From NCBI GenBank assembly GCA_965285935.1, contig OZ260665.1, positions 44,454,001 through 44,518,000 of the forward strand: 64,000 bases of DNA, read 5' to 3'. This document shows positions 14,701-29,500 of the stretch, in pieces. The translations under genes and the position numbers were made by a program. The notes under the pieces are model-generated. The model searched no databases and was not told the DNA's origin. It saw nothing but the letters and a program-made list of their open reading frames with translations. Within the stretch, counting starts at the first letter, position 1. Every line of letters begins with the position of its first letter. This DNA is from Ophelia neglecta (lineage: Eukaryota).

Positions 14701-15720
14701 CTAGCAGTGACCCGTGGGCAACCACGGTGAAAAGGGCAGCAGTGGATTGAATGGTGGTCTATTCGAAGAGGGCAGTTTTCATTTGTTACTAATGCTGGGT
14801 TGAGACAAAAAAATAGAAAAGTAAGATGGTATAAAGGAATCCATCATAAATGATAGTGCCTATATATTGCCAATGTTGGGAGAGACAAAACAATAAGTGT
14901 AAACAGATTTGAATGAAAAATACATAGCAAAGGTAGTCTTAAGTTTTATTCCAGTCATCCAGCGAACACCTCTCGAGCAGTTCATTGAAGAATTTCAGGA
15001 TACACAACATGTTTGGTGACTGTTGTCATGGTGTCTGATGCATAACCCTGCTTTCTGGTGTTCTCGATTTTTACTTTAATGCGTTGAAATGATTTTGTCT
15101 GTGAGAAGGCTATGTACAGTTGTCCATGTGTGAAAACAGGGTCAGGAAAGTAAATGCCTATTTCTATGAATGTTTACCCTTGCGCCTTGTTGATCGTCAT
15201 TAAATGGGCTATCCGAGCAAGGAATTGGATGCGTTCTAGGACGATAGTCAAATTCACATCTGATGAGGCGAGTTTAATGCGGGGAATGAGAATCCTATTC
15301 CCTGCCTGTGTGTTCGCCACAACCACTGTGTCAATTGTGTCGGCATGAAGGTGACGAACAATCTGGCGGGTTCCATTACAAATGCCATTTTTTATGTCAA
15401 AGTTACGAAGGAGCATTATCAATGCACCCTTCTTCAGGACCAGTTTGTGCTCTGGCATTCCTGACGGAGTGAGACTGTTGAGGAATTCAACTGGGAAATT
15501 GTTCTCGTCAAGGTTGTGGGACACAATACAGTCAATGCTCAGGTATTTTTTATTTTTTTGCTCCCTGGGAGTTGTTTGATGATTTCTCCGTTGATGGCCA
15601 AGGTGGTGTCATTTTTGGGGGTTAGTATTATTTGTTCGGAAACATCACCCTCTAATGTTAGGTATACTGCTTGTAACAGGTCCCCGTCGCACAGGCACTC
15701 ATTATGAATGTAAATTGAGC
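14701..15720 (-). mobile_element. Helitron 3' fragment (PIF1-like helicase C-terminus, 3'UTR and terminal hairpin/CTAG)
   Basis: The minus strand ends ...CCGTGG-ttgc-CCACGG (hairpin 14712-14727) then gtcactgCTAG|T at 14701, the canonical Helitron 3' terminus. It lies downstream of RepHel helicase motifs. Confidence 0.92.
14982..15710 (-). pseudogene. Helitron RepHel helicase C-terminal domain, pseudogenised
   Basis: ILTPKND, FPVEFLNSLTPSGMPEHKLVLKKG, MLLRN, ICNGTR, IPRI, MTINKAQG*TF (stop where Q is expected, 15174-15176), PVFTHGQLYIAFS, TKHVVYPEIL, TGA at 14982-14984, followed by AATAAA. Confidence 0.9.
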
Positions 15721-16005
15721 AGTCCCCAAACGTAGCCCTACAATAATTATATAAAAATAGTAACGGTAATGTCCTTATTCCCTCACAATTGAGATAATTT
15801 TATTCACACATTTAGTTTTGAATTCCTACATTAAATTTCTAATCATATCCCAACCGGTACAATTAAATATCCGTACAGTTTAATTTGAATCACTGCAAAC
15901 AGTTTCCCTACATTTTAATATCAATAACAAATAATTTCCCTGCATTTTTCTATCTCTCCAAATAAATCCCCGTGTGGCAGCTTTGTCTTAGTTCAGTAAT
16001 GAGTC

Positions 16006-16434
16006 CAGAGGCGTAGGAAGGAAAATCAGTGAGGGGGCCAACTTTACATCAGCAGCATAAAAAGTGTGTGTGTGTGTGTGGGGGGGGGGGGGCAAAACAT
16101 ATGATGGCCCCCCACTTTTTTAAGTCAGGGGGGGGGGGGTCATGCCACCCTCTTGCTTCCTCTGCCACTGTACATTGATTTTACATGCCAAAAAAACATT
16201 GAATAAATTCAATTATCGGGTGTGTATTGGTTTGTAAATAACCTGCCCACAGGTAACTATTTGATTATGGTCTAGCCAACTGAGGACAGACGCTTCTGAC
16301 CACTGCTGCATTACACCATTTTGAGAGGGGAAAAAGTAAGAGGGTCATCATTAAAAAGTGGGTGGGCCTAAACATTTGATGCCCCCCCCCCACTTTTTTA
16401 AATGCCCCCCCCCCCCCCGCTTCCTACGCCACTG
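16006..16434. mobile_element. hAT-like MITE with 5-bp TSD
   Basis: TIRs CAGAGGCGTAGGAAG (16006-16020) and CTTCCTACGCCACTG (16420-16434). GAGTC is duplicated at 16001-16005 and 16435-16439. A second internal right-end copy lies at ~16155-16170. Confidence 0.8.
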
Positions 16435-17499
16435 GAGTCAGGGAGTACAGCGAATGAGTACAGCGAATGCTAATTCTACGGAACGAAAGTTTCAATTATG
16501 TCTCACGATCAGGCATGTCAGTACTGCCTCATTGTAAGCCTATATACATGAACGTGTGCCCCGGTACATGTGTATGTCAATTTTAATTAGATCTTTGCTA
16601 CTTAGATTCTAGTTTAAACCGTGAGAAATATTGTCGGTTTATGTATAGAATAACATGATCATAGTAGATCCCTTAGACACGTGTCTAAGACTTCGTTTTA
16701 TTGTCGTTTACCCTCAAGAAGGACTCACGCATTAAAAAAATATTGACAGCCCTTTGATCCCCTGGCCATGTATATTTAACCTTGCAAGGGTATCTACAAA
16801 TGGCATAGTATTGAGCACTTTTCCCAAGAGGAGAACTCATTCATTAATCAAAAAATGACAGCCCTTTGATCACCAGTAGGCTTTGTTCTGAGGTGTTGAA
16901 TATCACATTTCGAATTGGGTCATAGCTAAGACGACTTAATGATTAACTGGCACCAACCTCCCATGTTGTTTATTACTTGCCGTGTTAAAATGAAAGTAAC
17001 TATGCAGCATACAAATTTGATTTGACAGGTGTCAACACTTGTAAAGAAGCCTGTCATAATAGTTTATTATATCACAGCTAATGCGTCACTTTTCCTTTAG
17101 TCAATATTTGTAAAGAAACCTGTCATAATAGTTTAGTATGTCACAGCTAATTCATGACGTTTCCCGTAATTTTTGCTGTCAATGATATCCCAAAACATCT
17201 GGCGTTTGCAATAGTTTGTTACCAGCACATTAATCTGCCAATAATACCTCAATTTTTGCATATATTCTGAGTGCAAGGTTGTCCACTGGGCATATGTACA
17301 TATAGCCATCGCTGTCCTTATATATACAAACAATAACACGCGTGGGAATGAAAATAGATCGGGTCAAGCTATAAAGGAATCCAGCGCAGTGATACAAACT
17401 CAGTGAACCGTAGACTGGAAAAAAGTAGTACAAAATGTCTATTTTGTCAGATGGTTTTGGTGATGTCGAAAACATTCTAATAAACAAACAAATCGACTC

Positions 17500-17717
17500 A
17501 TGCAGCAAGTATCCGACAATATATTAATCATCAAATCGGCCTCCTTTCCCAAGAAATACACAGCTGAATGTGGCGTATGAATATTCAAAGCTGCGAGTCG
17601 CTCGTATCGAGACTGCATGGTCGGGTGTCCACCTTCCCTTCGTAGCAGTGCACACAGCTCTGTTCTCTTCGCCTGTAGCGGCGATGCGGAGAAGCTAGAT
17701 GCGATAAGCATTGGCAC
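17500..17717 (-). mobile_element. Possible degenerate hAT transposase C-terminal dimerisation region
   Basis: ASSFSA...TMQSRYERLAALNIH...DLMINIL resembles the hATC pattern ERSFS...RSTM.QERL..LALLNIH. The segment is GC-rich. Confidence 0.45.
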
Positions 17718-20700
17718 CTGCTGCGAAGGGTAGTGTCCACCTCAACCGGGTAAAATGGCGGCGATCGGCAGACGACAGAGGCGAGCTAAAAGGCAAACGC
17801 GCACGGTTCGAAGGTTTACATCGCACCGAACTGGTCCGAAATAAAAAATTCCACGATTGGAGCGGACAGAAAGGCGTCGCCAAAAGTTGGGGGCGTACCG
17901 TCCGCCAGCGGCCGAGAAAAATCGTAAACAATTGGCTAATATATAATAGATTATCTACATATACATTTACTAGTTACTCATAATTCGCGTAAAATTCGTC
18001 CTCGAGCCTTTGTCTAGCTATAACTCGTCCATCAAAGTCAGGTCAGATACCCGGCATGGATTACTTTCAATCCGCCGCAGGTGCATGTAGGTAACTCAAC
18101 ACCAGTCTCCTGCTCGGAAAATAAAGAGCCGGTGATTGCATGTGAGTTTTTCATTGCCACAGCAGAGCTACATCCGAGCAGCACAGTGAGATACTGAGTC
18201 ATAAGATAAAGCTAGTCTGTATTTTGTATATTGAGCAGCACATCTGCGTCATGGTTGAGTAACGAGGCTGGAGCCTTGAGCTGACACATACATAACAAGG
18301 TTGTGATAACCAACAGGTATACGGGTGTCAGATGAAAAGTAACCCGACACACGCAGACTGGCATCAAATTTGCGTGAAAATACAATTTCTAACATGATTT
18401 TTTTTTCAAATCGGCATACCACTGCGGGCATAAGATGTAAAAACATTTCTATCTGTTTAAATTTGCTCAATCAACAGCCTCCAATTTGTGTCAATCAAAT
18501 ATCGGACAAATGTTGCCTTGTGAATGTTAACGATATTTTACTCCGCTTAACTCCTTCCCGGGTTATCGGATTTCTAAAAATTTATATAGCATAACTTTTT
18601 TCAAGAACGAATACTTCGGCAAACACAATGACTAAGAAGGTTTAACATTTATTAATTATCGGGTGCGATAAATTTGTGGACGACTAATATCATCTTTCAG
18701 CAGTGATTAAGTTTGGTTAGCAGAGCTACAATGGGTGCAGTGCTAGCGTGTGACTTTGATCATAAGAGTTTGTCACTCGGTAAAGAACCAATAACTCGAT
18801 ATTGTGGATAGGCGAGACGAAATCATAGTGTCACATGATGTACGCAGAGTCGTAATATCATAATGATTATTAATGTATCTCATCACCAAGAAAAGTAGAA
18901 AAAAATTATTAAGGCAATTGTCCAAAAATCAACTTAAAGCATATTCAAGGATGATTTAGGAATCTTCCGTGTAAATGCTGTAGGTTATTTTATTGCAATG
19001 CAAATGAAAAATGAGTAGAAATATTATGCTGCATGGGAGTAACAATATGCACGGTTTTATTAAAGGACACGGCGCCAGAGGTCTTCAGGGAGACGCCTAA
19101 CAGGATCACTGACTAAAGAACCCTAGGGCAGTGTAAGAGATTAGCTAATTTAAAATGACACTAATTGTGCCAATGACCAACTGGTATACGATGCTCTGCA
19201 TGTATGACGATGAGTCGACTCATGCCAGAACCTATCATAGTAACCCCAGTTTACATGGGCCTAACTCAAGGGACTAGCTTATCGTGTTCAAAATGGCTAC
19301 AGATGCCCACATGTGTCCTTTGATAATAGGGTTATTTGCCCGGTATCATCAGCGCGGGCCGATATGAAACGGCTGTGAACGATACGGGAGATACCTGACA
19401 GATAGCTGGCTGATATTAATAGTCAGCCTTCTTGTAATGACCGCTTGTCTCGAGTTAGTAGCGCCAAAGTGCCATAAAATCAATCATCAAACAGCTTGAC
19501 AATCTGAGATGAGTTTACCATAAGGCCTGCTACAAGTACTACTGAAATGTTTTGAAGAAAAAATCATTTGTGCAAGTTAATCAGGTCATTGCATAACCAT
19601 ATATGCACATTGGTTAAAGTTATTATATGCCTTGTGTGCTAAAAATATCTGCAAACAGCGAAATTGCCAACGCGTGTGTAGAGGACAGAGGGTACGCTCT
19701 GCTTGGATTAAACTGTTTTAAACAAATTGTACGTTATACTAATGACGCACATTGAGACACTTGGAAATGCTTCTGTGTTCCAGTCTTTTTTCTTAAGTTC
19801 TATTGCATTTTAAGTGAAGGTCCAGGTCCCTGTTGATAACCAACTTTTTAGATTTGAAACAGTGAACATATAATTATTAGTGTTAAAAAGGAAAGGCTCA
19901 AACATAAGTAGAACACTAATGTTTTTTTAACAAAACGTTATAAGAAATCAACATTTCATGTTTCTTGATAGGACAAACATATAATAGGGAAAACGTACGT
20001 AATAAAAAAAATGTTTCACTTGCTCTCTTTCACAAACATTAGCGGTTTAATATCTTTGTTGACAATCAATCGAAACAAATAGCGTCTTTTTCAATACCCT
20101 GCGTAAACTGTTTTCCAAAGATCCTGAGTGTCATGGTAACTGATGTGACAAGATTAAATTACACTTTTTTGAGAAATGTTTTATTCATGATATTCAGAAT
20201 TCTACATTCATGGTACGGTACCATGCAGGCTAACGCAAACGGTTTGAAACTTCACGTAGAAGGGAAAAGGTATATAAAAATACTTTTTGGGGGCTTCTTT
20301 TAATAATACAATAGGGGGAGAGCCTTTTTTTATCTCATTTTGAATAATTTAAGTATTCGTAACTTACATGAAAATGTGGACCAACGGAAAACGTTTAAGT
20401 TGCGCAATGACATTGATACAGATCCAATACAGCGAAAATGTTCTGTGTATGTGAACATCATTATAATAAGGCGTGGAGGCCTATAGGAGTTAATAAACTG
20501 TTACAATGCACAGTGTATTTATCAATCAAAACGTGGCTTACAATCTCATCGGGAAGCCGAGATTCAGGTTACTGACTTTTTCTCTCGATTGAACTTCTCC
20601 AATCTGCTGCTTAAAATGCACATAATTATAGTTATGTTATGATAAATGTTATTGACGGCTATTTATATACACTTTGAAACGATCCCGATGCAATTTTGCA

Positions 20701-23299
20701 AATTTTTAACAATAAATTTTAAACTACTGAAACATAGTCTAGCTGATATTTAATACATGAACTTAAACAAAACGCTTTCACTTCAAAAACACGTTATAAT
20801 AAGCCCACAAACTGGGCGCCAAATTAAATTCAACCGGTAACTACGGAGTAAAATATTTCCAGACCCCGAGGGCAGCTTCCTCCCCCTCTCCCGGCCACGC
20901 CCCTGTCTGGTATACCGTAATCTTTAATGATGTAAGCTGAGGAACACTTTTTTAATAACCATTGGCATTGGCAACAGAATCACAACAATAATCAGTATTC
21001 GAGATCCAGTGCTTGTGTCACTGATCATTGAACAGAGGCCTGTGAAGCCTTCATGTCATGAAAGCTGAATCATCGAAGGTCTCATCTGGTATGATGTGTT
21101 CAATGTTACGCGTTACATGTGTTTTTACGGTGACAGGGGAGCCAGATGGTGAGATGCCAGGAGCCGATACCCAAAGACCCGTGTGCGTCTGGAGTGTGGG
21201 GCCTGGAGGCAGCGCCATTGCCAAGGCTCCAAAAATCCCAGGGCAAGATAACACTTCAGCCCTCTGTGGACATGGGTACAGGAGGCGGCGTCCATGTAGA
21301 TACGGTGATAGCCCGTGTGTCCAGATTGCAGTGGAGCTCCCTGGGCCGCCATGTCCGAGGAATCAACGCTGACCACAATGTGAACTTGACGTATCAACAA
21401 GTTCCAATATTAAATGAATATGTAAAGTAGGCCCATCCGATGTAGGCGATATGATATGCCTGAAAATTGCCGTGGGAATAAAAGATTAGGTCAATGGAGC
21501 GTCATCTGTTTTCTGTCTAATATCCAGGCCATGAAGGGTTGGCACAAAACCTTGCCGTTTACCTATAGCTGACTTTTCCCTGGCTCGAAATCATTTTCCA
21601 GGGCAGAAAAGCCATAAAACAGAAAGAAATATAACAGCTATATAATTATGTATTACACTGCGTTTTCCGGGATAAGGGGGGGGGGGGCATTGTTGCACCT
21701 TTTTACTGTCTTTTCAGCATCTTTCTTACATGCTAGAAGGACAAAAATAAATTTCCTACTATCAGTTTTTTAAAGAGGGTCGGGAAAGTTACAGTGACCG
21801 AGCGAACCATTTAAAGCGCATTCTCGGATTTTCATGTAAATTCCCTGGATTCTTGCCATTAGCCTATGTCGTATGTTTTCCTGGCTTTTTCTTGCCGTGT
21901 GGAAACATGTGGGGGGTTTATGCAAGGTTTTGCGGCTCCTCCAAAAGACTAGTCCTTAATACTCCTGTTTGGTCAGTGGCCCCAATCTGCTCATGTGCTT
22001 ATACTCCTATTTATATTGTCAGTGGTATCCGAACTATAAGGGCAAATATTACACTGCCATAGCATTGAGTAATGGGTGCTTGCATGGGTGTGGTCATGTA
22101 CATGTGTGGGCCTGTATAAAATATCTTTAAAAAACATTATAAAGGTCTTCCCTTATCAGAAACTAAAGTTTGTTTCTGCGTATATGCACGTTATGTTTTT
22201 TTCAGTTGTTGATAACTATTGAGAGAGTCATCCAAGCCATGGCAGACTAGCTAGGCTATATAGCTTCATTATCGAGGTGAATCCTGGGAGTGAATGGCAT
22301 GACAGCTATATGATGGCATGAATGGTTTATCATTATTATCATTTTGGTGCAAAGACACCAATATATGATAAAATGTGTTTCATTAATAGAACTGAGCTAT
22401 TTTGCAATTTACAAATTGTTTCATCGAATCACTAACCTTTTTACTAGCCAAGCTGTAAATATTAACCGGTATTTACCTTTCCACTGGCCAAACTTTAATT
22501 TATTAAATAGATTCTAAAAGTGTATTAATTACACAGCAAATTCAGCATACTCCATAGTAAAGTAAAGATTACAACAAATATAAGTCAAAACGTACGAATC
22601 AAAACGTTTAGAAATACTCTACAATATTATGTCAAGTGATTAATCCAGCATTTGCTTGATATCATAACTATAAAGTTAAGATCTTTAATCACAAAGTTAA
22701 GATCGACTAGCTATTGTAAAAGAATATAAGACAGTTGAATCCACAAAAAGAAATGTCCACTACTTGACCATTAAATAAATTTCTCAACTGTGTATTGCTG
22801 TCTGCAAAGTCAACAACTGTTGAATTCTGTATCCAAGTATTTGTATTTCTATGGGGGGAAGGGGGTTGGTAAAATGTGTTTGCTCATTTAGCCTAACAAA
22901 CTTGTATCTTGTATCTTGTATTAATATGACCTGCGTTGTAATGTGCCTTTTCAACTCCAAATGTAACACGTTTCAATGTTCTACATACAGTTTAATGAAA
23001 GGAGTGTGGCTCAATGAAACAATATGAATCAACCAAACTCTTTGAAGAGATTGAAAGAAACTCATTTCTTAACTGAATAAGTTTATTCATTCGGTTATCT
23101 AATACACGTGATACAAATTATGTTACGATTGTCCATGATGATTCGCAGTCAACAAGTTGTTTCATTTAAAGAATGAACTGGTAACGGAACGTCCGACCCA
23201 GACTTGGCCTGTGGTGGGTAATGAGTATGCCACAATCAATCCATATCCTCCTCAGGTGAAATCTCTTTTTACCACACCATGGTACGGCTCGTACAGTGA

Positions 23300-23570
23300 G
23301 CGCTCAGACTGGCAGCTGGGGTTGATGTCCCGATCTTGAGAGAAGCCACTTGCCAGTTCATTAGACGTTGATCCAGGTGAATTCAGGCCCTACCGACTCC
23401 AGCAGAATCTCCTGTCAGACATTGCAATGTAGGCATCTACAGATTGCACCAAAGTCTGGAATGATTAATCAGTCCACGCTTAGCAATAACAATAACCTGT
23501 CAACGCTTGCGGTATTGCTTTCCTCCGGGATGATACGGCGGAGTCTATAATCTTCTTTAGACGGCTGGTT
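23300..23570 (-). mobile_element. Possible Gypsy LTR-retrotransposon integrase remnant
   Basis: In mixed frames: TPPYHPGG (cf. TPYHPQGNG), LVQSVDAY, GHQPQLPV (cf. FGREPRLP), in the expected order. Heavily decayed. Confidence 0.35.
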
Positions 23571-26500
23571 TGAAAGATTCAAAGGTGAAAGAAGCTATTT
23601 ATTTGATCAAGATCTTCTTGTGTCTGCAGGTCAAGATTGGCGTCTGAGTTAGACTGTCTATTCGATCATATGAAAGTGGTTACTAAGGGCATTTTTCATA
23701 CAATCTGAAACTCAATATGGAAACGACAAGCAAAAAGCTCGTTTCAAATGTGCGTGTGGAAGAAGTTTGGGTTTGTTTGTGTGAGTCGTATGACAAGGCT
23801 GAGAGCCCGGGCTCACCGGTGACAGCAGGTACTTCTCTAGCCTTCTTACAGTGTGGCAAGAACTAAAGAAAGTTAAGTCTGTACATGTGGATATATGTAA
23901 AGATTTAGCACTAAAAGTACTTTGCACACCGTTTGGCTCTCAGGCAGACCTACTTGTGTGTTTTGCACGTAGAACTGCATCGAAGCCATCGCTTAAAGCA
24001 ATTAAATACACAGATAAACCGTTAATCGCTAGCGACAATACTGTCTTGGATTAGTCTTGCAGAACCGATAGCTATAGGCCTAAATGTACCGCTGAACCAT
24101 TCCGTCTCTCCATTCAATGGTGAAATCCCCAAAAAAATATTTGATTACATGCTAGCGCTTTCAGCGAGACCAACAAAATTTTAAGACCAGGTAAAGAACA
24201 AATTTCTTTCCAATTTGGTAGTGCCTGAGCCGAATGAAAAATATAATGACTGTGTTTCGGTTAAATCTGTTATGGTGCAAACGTCTAGAATTAAGGCCCA
24301 TGAAACTATATATGTATATATGTATATATGTGCATGGGGCCGAGAGCTAAATATTAAAGCTATTTATATGCTAAAAATTCAAATTGTAAACGAACGACTC
24401 AATCTGTTCACGTTCTTTACTCGTACTACACAAATATTCAACAGACGAGGCAAATTTGGTGTACAAACGCTTGCCAATACCAGCTTGAATAAATCTAGTC
24501 ATGAAATGTACAACTGTGACAGCTTTATCAATCATATTGATCTAATAGATATATCATAGAAGTCTATAGCCTACTTGAGCACTATGTTAATTTATGTTAA
24601 TTATAACAGTGATACTTTTGTTGAAGTAGGCTGTATATTTGTGTATTGAATATAGGTCAGGCGTTTGTTACATGCCAGCCGTGTTCCCGATGGTTAAAAG
24701 ATAATGTAGATCTATCAATCACTAAAATGATGGTGAAAAAGGGAGAAGGTTTACCCTACCAAGCATTTCGAGATGGATAACCATATTTTTTTTGCCTGAC
24801 ATGTGTCTATTTACTTGTTTTTGCTTCAGCATTTATGATTTTACGTACGATTAAACGTGAGTTTTATGTCCGTAGCATATATAGCATGGTCTTTGATTAA
24901 CCCATATAAAAAGTAAGAAATAACTCATAATTAAATTGGCGCTGTCTCGTGGGGGGAGGGGAGGGGGTTAATGTCCATCAACACTGAGACAAGGATTACC
25001 CCCCCCCCCCCCTTCCCGTAAAGACTAAACTCTAAAGCATTTCGGTCTACCGTATTGATATCTTAGTTAATTGTTTAGATCTAATTATCGTAGTTTACAT
25101 CCACTCTTCTGCCTTCTCCTTTCTTCGCACATATTTTGTCGACATAAAGTCAACCTATCCTTTTGGTAGATTTTACCGTTCGCTACGGACGGTTTATTCG
25201 GGGTCTCCTCATTAAAAGACGAGGGATACCAAACTAAAACTATCGCCGAAATCTACAAAACTATTACTTTTAAAAAGCATTGGCATACAAGCCTGCCACT
25301 CAGAATGTTACATCCTATTATGATCATCATTATAATAATGACATTTTCGCCGTCACTGTGACATAGGCGTGTTTACCGAGAGATACCGACCTCAAACTAA
25401 GGCAAATCGCCCCAGGTAGGCATAGATCAAACGAACTCCCGTTTTCATTAAGTTTTACGGCCATTCTTTCCTCCTTCTATAGTTAACGCCATGGGCCCTT
25501 TCTAAGTAAATAGCGAATTTAGTTCCAATAATGGAGCATTGGTATATCGATTTTATGTGACATTATAAGCCTTGCCGTAGTCAAATAGGTTATTTTCATT
25601 TTGTGAAAACCTGAGCCGACCGAACATTTTGCGACCTCTTTTTGTGAGAAATCCGGGTACACATATTCTGTGCAGTCATTGGAGTGTAAAATATTTCGAA
25701 GGTAGCTAAAAAGAATTAAAAGCTCTAAACACAACATTTTGCAGTTTAGAGTTAAAACACACCTGATTGGAGGGAGTTGGATGGCAACCAACCGACTAAA
25801 TCTTCCCACACATTGACAAAAGCCGGCGGCTTGTCGAAACAGTTACTTTTCTTATTCGACCAGGACAGTGTTTCAAAGTGTGTCTATACATTTATAGTGG
25901 TTTTCTACACACCAGAAACTACCGTCACATGCCCTACATCTTTGTAACTCGGCACTTTAACTAAAATACGTGCGCACTGCTTAAGTGTGCTCTAGGCTTT
26001 ATGCAATTTTGTCTTGGAGACATTTCTTAAACTGAGTTACAACTAGTCAGTGACACAAGTACATAATATTCAGTCTCCAGTTGGCCATTAGCGTACGGGT
26101 TTTCATGTAACTCGTCTACGCATTCTTTATTATACGGCGAAGAACATACTTAATATTAATTTCACGAACTCATGAAAATGTTAAAAGCTGTTAATGCATT
26201 AAGTGCACCGATGTGTGCTCAATGTGACTAGAGTTGGCAATTTTGCTCTACATTGTAGTGCCAGCTAAATCAATAATGGAACTGTGGGGATAGCAACGCA
26301 TAATTATCAAGTGTTCAGCAGCCACTCCCAAAGCCTGGCTGATATACCCTGCTCTGTGGTTTTCATAACTCTCCACTACTAATGAACTTTGGTAGTATTT
26401 CGATATATAACGTTTTTTTCGGTTGAAATATAAAAGCTGGGCATAAAAAATAATGGCATGGGCAATTTGTAGGTTACTAATCGCTATTGTAAATCACCAA

Positions 26501-29500
26501 ATATGTGTATATACCCTGTTGAACAAATCAGAAAATTAGCTGTCCAAACTACCAAACTAGCTGCATTTGTGGGAGAGAAAGAGGGGGGGGGGGGACGGAT
26601 CAGCGCTTAATCTAAATTACTGTGGTAACTCTAAGCTAATGTTTCAATAAACATTGTCCATCTGAAGTATATTCAGTGGCATAGCATGTACCCCCTGGGG
26701 ATTAGTAAAGTCAAGAACTGGTAATCAGATGAGGTTTCAATAAGTTTAATGAAGAGCCTGGTACAATACACATGTATACATAGGTGATCATAATACAATG
26801 GTTGTTGATAACTTGGTAAATGAAAAACAGTGTAAGTTAAAGACAATATTATATTTATTGCCTAAGTAGCCTTATAAATATTGTATGAAATAATGATGGA
26901 TGAAAGTCTCTACTGTTAAAACAATTTGTTCTTGTCACGGATGGAAACACACTATTAAATAGTTGCCAGAACTATTGCACACTTAATAATAACTCTTAAA
27001 CATGTGCTAAACCGATTCATAGATAACAAATTGCCAATATTAAATTTATTATGCTACAGGTACATATTAAGTTTACCAGAGTGATAAACCATGACATGGT
27101 AGTAAAATGATAAACAGAAATGCCGCCTTGGAAATGTCACTTGCTATGTTCCAGTACCTCAACAGCAGTTTCCAACCACAAAACTATCTGTGTTTGACAC
27201 ATAACACATTATATAAAATATAATAAAGGGTAACTTTTGCATTCATGACAGCTAATAAATGGTACACAGTAAATGTGGAAATATTTGTCATATAGGGAAA
27301 TTTCACAATTTCAAAATTGGTCAGTTTTGGACTTTGCCTAGATGTTAAAGGGGCCTCAACTGCACATACATGTATATTTCCTTAACAAATTTTCAAGACA
27401 TTTTCCCTAGGGCCTGAATGGTTAAAAGTATTCTTTCCGACATGACTTCCACATATACAGCACAATGCAAAATCAAATGGTCCCCTACATAGACTATAAA
27501 TATGTATGGGAAAAGGGAAGAAACAGAATATGGGCACATGGCTGAACAACCTTATAACTGTATCAAACGTACATAAACACAGACTGTTGTTGTTTCAGTC
27601 GTGAGATACTTCTCACCACTGCCAATGGTTAAGTACTTGTCTGATGATTTTGAGGAGACTGCCACTGATTCTTTCCCTAGGACATTTTAAATGTTGTTGT
27701 TCCCAAATACACACTATATACAGTTAACCTGCCAAGTCATGGCTATCTCCCTGGCCTCATTCTACCCTGACTGTGACTTATCTCACAAACTCCTTAATTC
27801 AAATATGAATATAATCAAACTCCTTCTATCATAGACACAACAAGTGGTGGACTACAGCTTATGAATCTGTCTAAGGTCATAGACACACAGCTGTCGCACA
27901 GTGACATTTTTGTTGCTAATACTTTCCTGAAGGCTTTACTGACAACCGCTAAGAGAAAAAAAACATGCCACTGTTGTACACATTCACACAAAACTTTGTA
28001 CACACTTCCAGTTTATTATAGTTGATTTTGTTTCTCATTTTCGTTTACTCATATTGTAGTAGGTACATAAATACAATTACAGTGTATTATGGTTTTCATA
28101 GAGGTAGACACAGTGACTGGCATATTTAGAGCTAAGATAAGTAAAATGACTTGTACATTGATATGAACTCTGCACAATCTGATGGTGGAGGTTCCAACTG
28201 GCATGATTATATACTAGTAACTATTATTCCTAATGATTTTGTCTATTAACCCAGTGACAGCTAGTTTTATCAGTCTCCTGCCTCAATCATGTATATGGGG
28301 AATGTGTTGAATGTCTTTTAGTTGTGACACCAGTCATGTATATATATAATTAAGTGATTACACTTCATTTATCATTATAATACATGTACATTTGTATATA
28401 GTAGAAATGTATGATTCACCACTGGCAAAAACACTGCTTAAACTCGATGACAAAATTTAGCAAACCTTTAGCATTTGCCAAACCTGTCAGCCCCATGTAA
28501 GTCTATTTCCATTTAAATCCTCCACTAAGCACTATCAGACACCCATCTTTTTTTGCAAAACAAACTAATCCAGAATGTTTGGCAAGCCCATGGAAATGGG
28601 AAGGGTTATTGATGCCAAACATGGGTGTTGCAGACATTAGTACATAGTGGAAATAATAGCAACCATGAGAGGAGGACAAACAAGTAAAGACCCTGCTAGG
28701 ACAGTAATCCAGCTGGATTGTGTAAATCCTGGATAACTTGGTTATACGAGCCCTCTTATCTAGCATGCTCGATCATAAATGTGGGAACTTTTATAATGTG
28801 AGAAGAGTTTTACACATAACATGAAACTCTAGATTACCATATACGGCAAATATGCAATATTGTTGTCAGTATAAGTAAAGCTTATAAGGGAAGGGGGGGG
28901 GGGGATGTTATAAATAACATCTGGCATGTCAAGTGTATAGTCTATATTAAAGTATGAAATCCTAGTTCACATGTTTGAATGGTTATTTGAATCAATGCCC
29001 TATCTCGGATGAATACCGGTTATTGATTTATTCATAAGAGAAACAGATGGTTCGATATCTACACAGATATTTAAGTTGCTAATATTTCAACAAATATTTA
29101 TGAAACACACAGACCTGGGCAGTTTATAGGTGATGTAGACCATGGTGGAGTATGTCAGCTCTTTGTATGACTCACTTAAGTCTAGGCACCATATTGTCCT
29201 ATAGTCATGGTATTCAAGGGAGGGTGATTTTAGGTAGGGCTCATTTAACAAAACACCTGTGCTATAGCCATTAATATCATCAGCAAAGACCTTTGTACAT
29301 TTAGTATATAATATTAGGTCACAACAACAAAGAAGCAATGTTTGTATTTAAACATTTTGTTCAACATATTGTTCATTGCCCTAGAAACCGTCATACTTCA
29401 TACATTATGATGTACTATAGGCAACACAGCAGAGCAGGAGTATGATAATCAATAGTAGGGATATCGATTCAGCCGGCATCATTCCTGGCCATGCCTGGCA

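Noticed and set aside
16733-17151. Short direct duplications (GACAGCCCTTTGATC x2; ~44-bp TGTAAAGAA.CCTGTCATAATAGTTT x2)
   Set aside because: Two-copy local duplications with no further structure.
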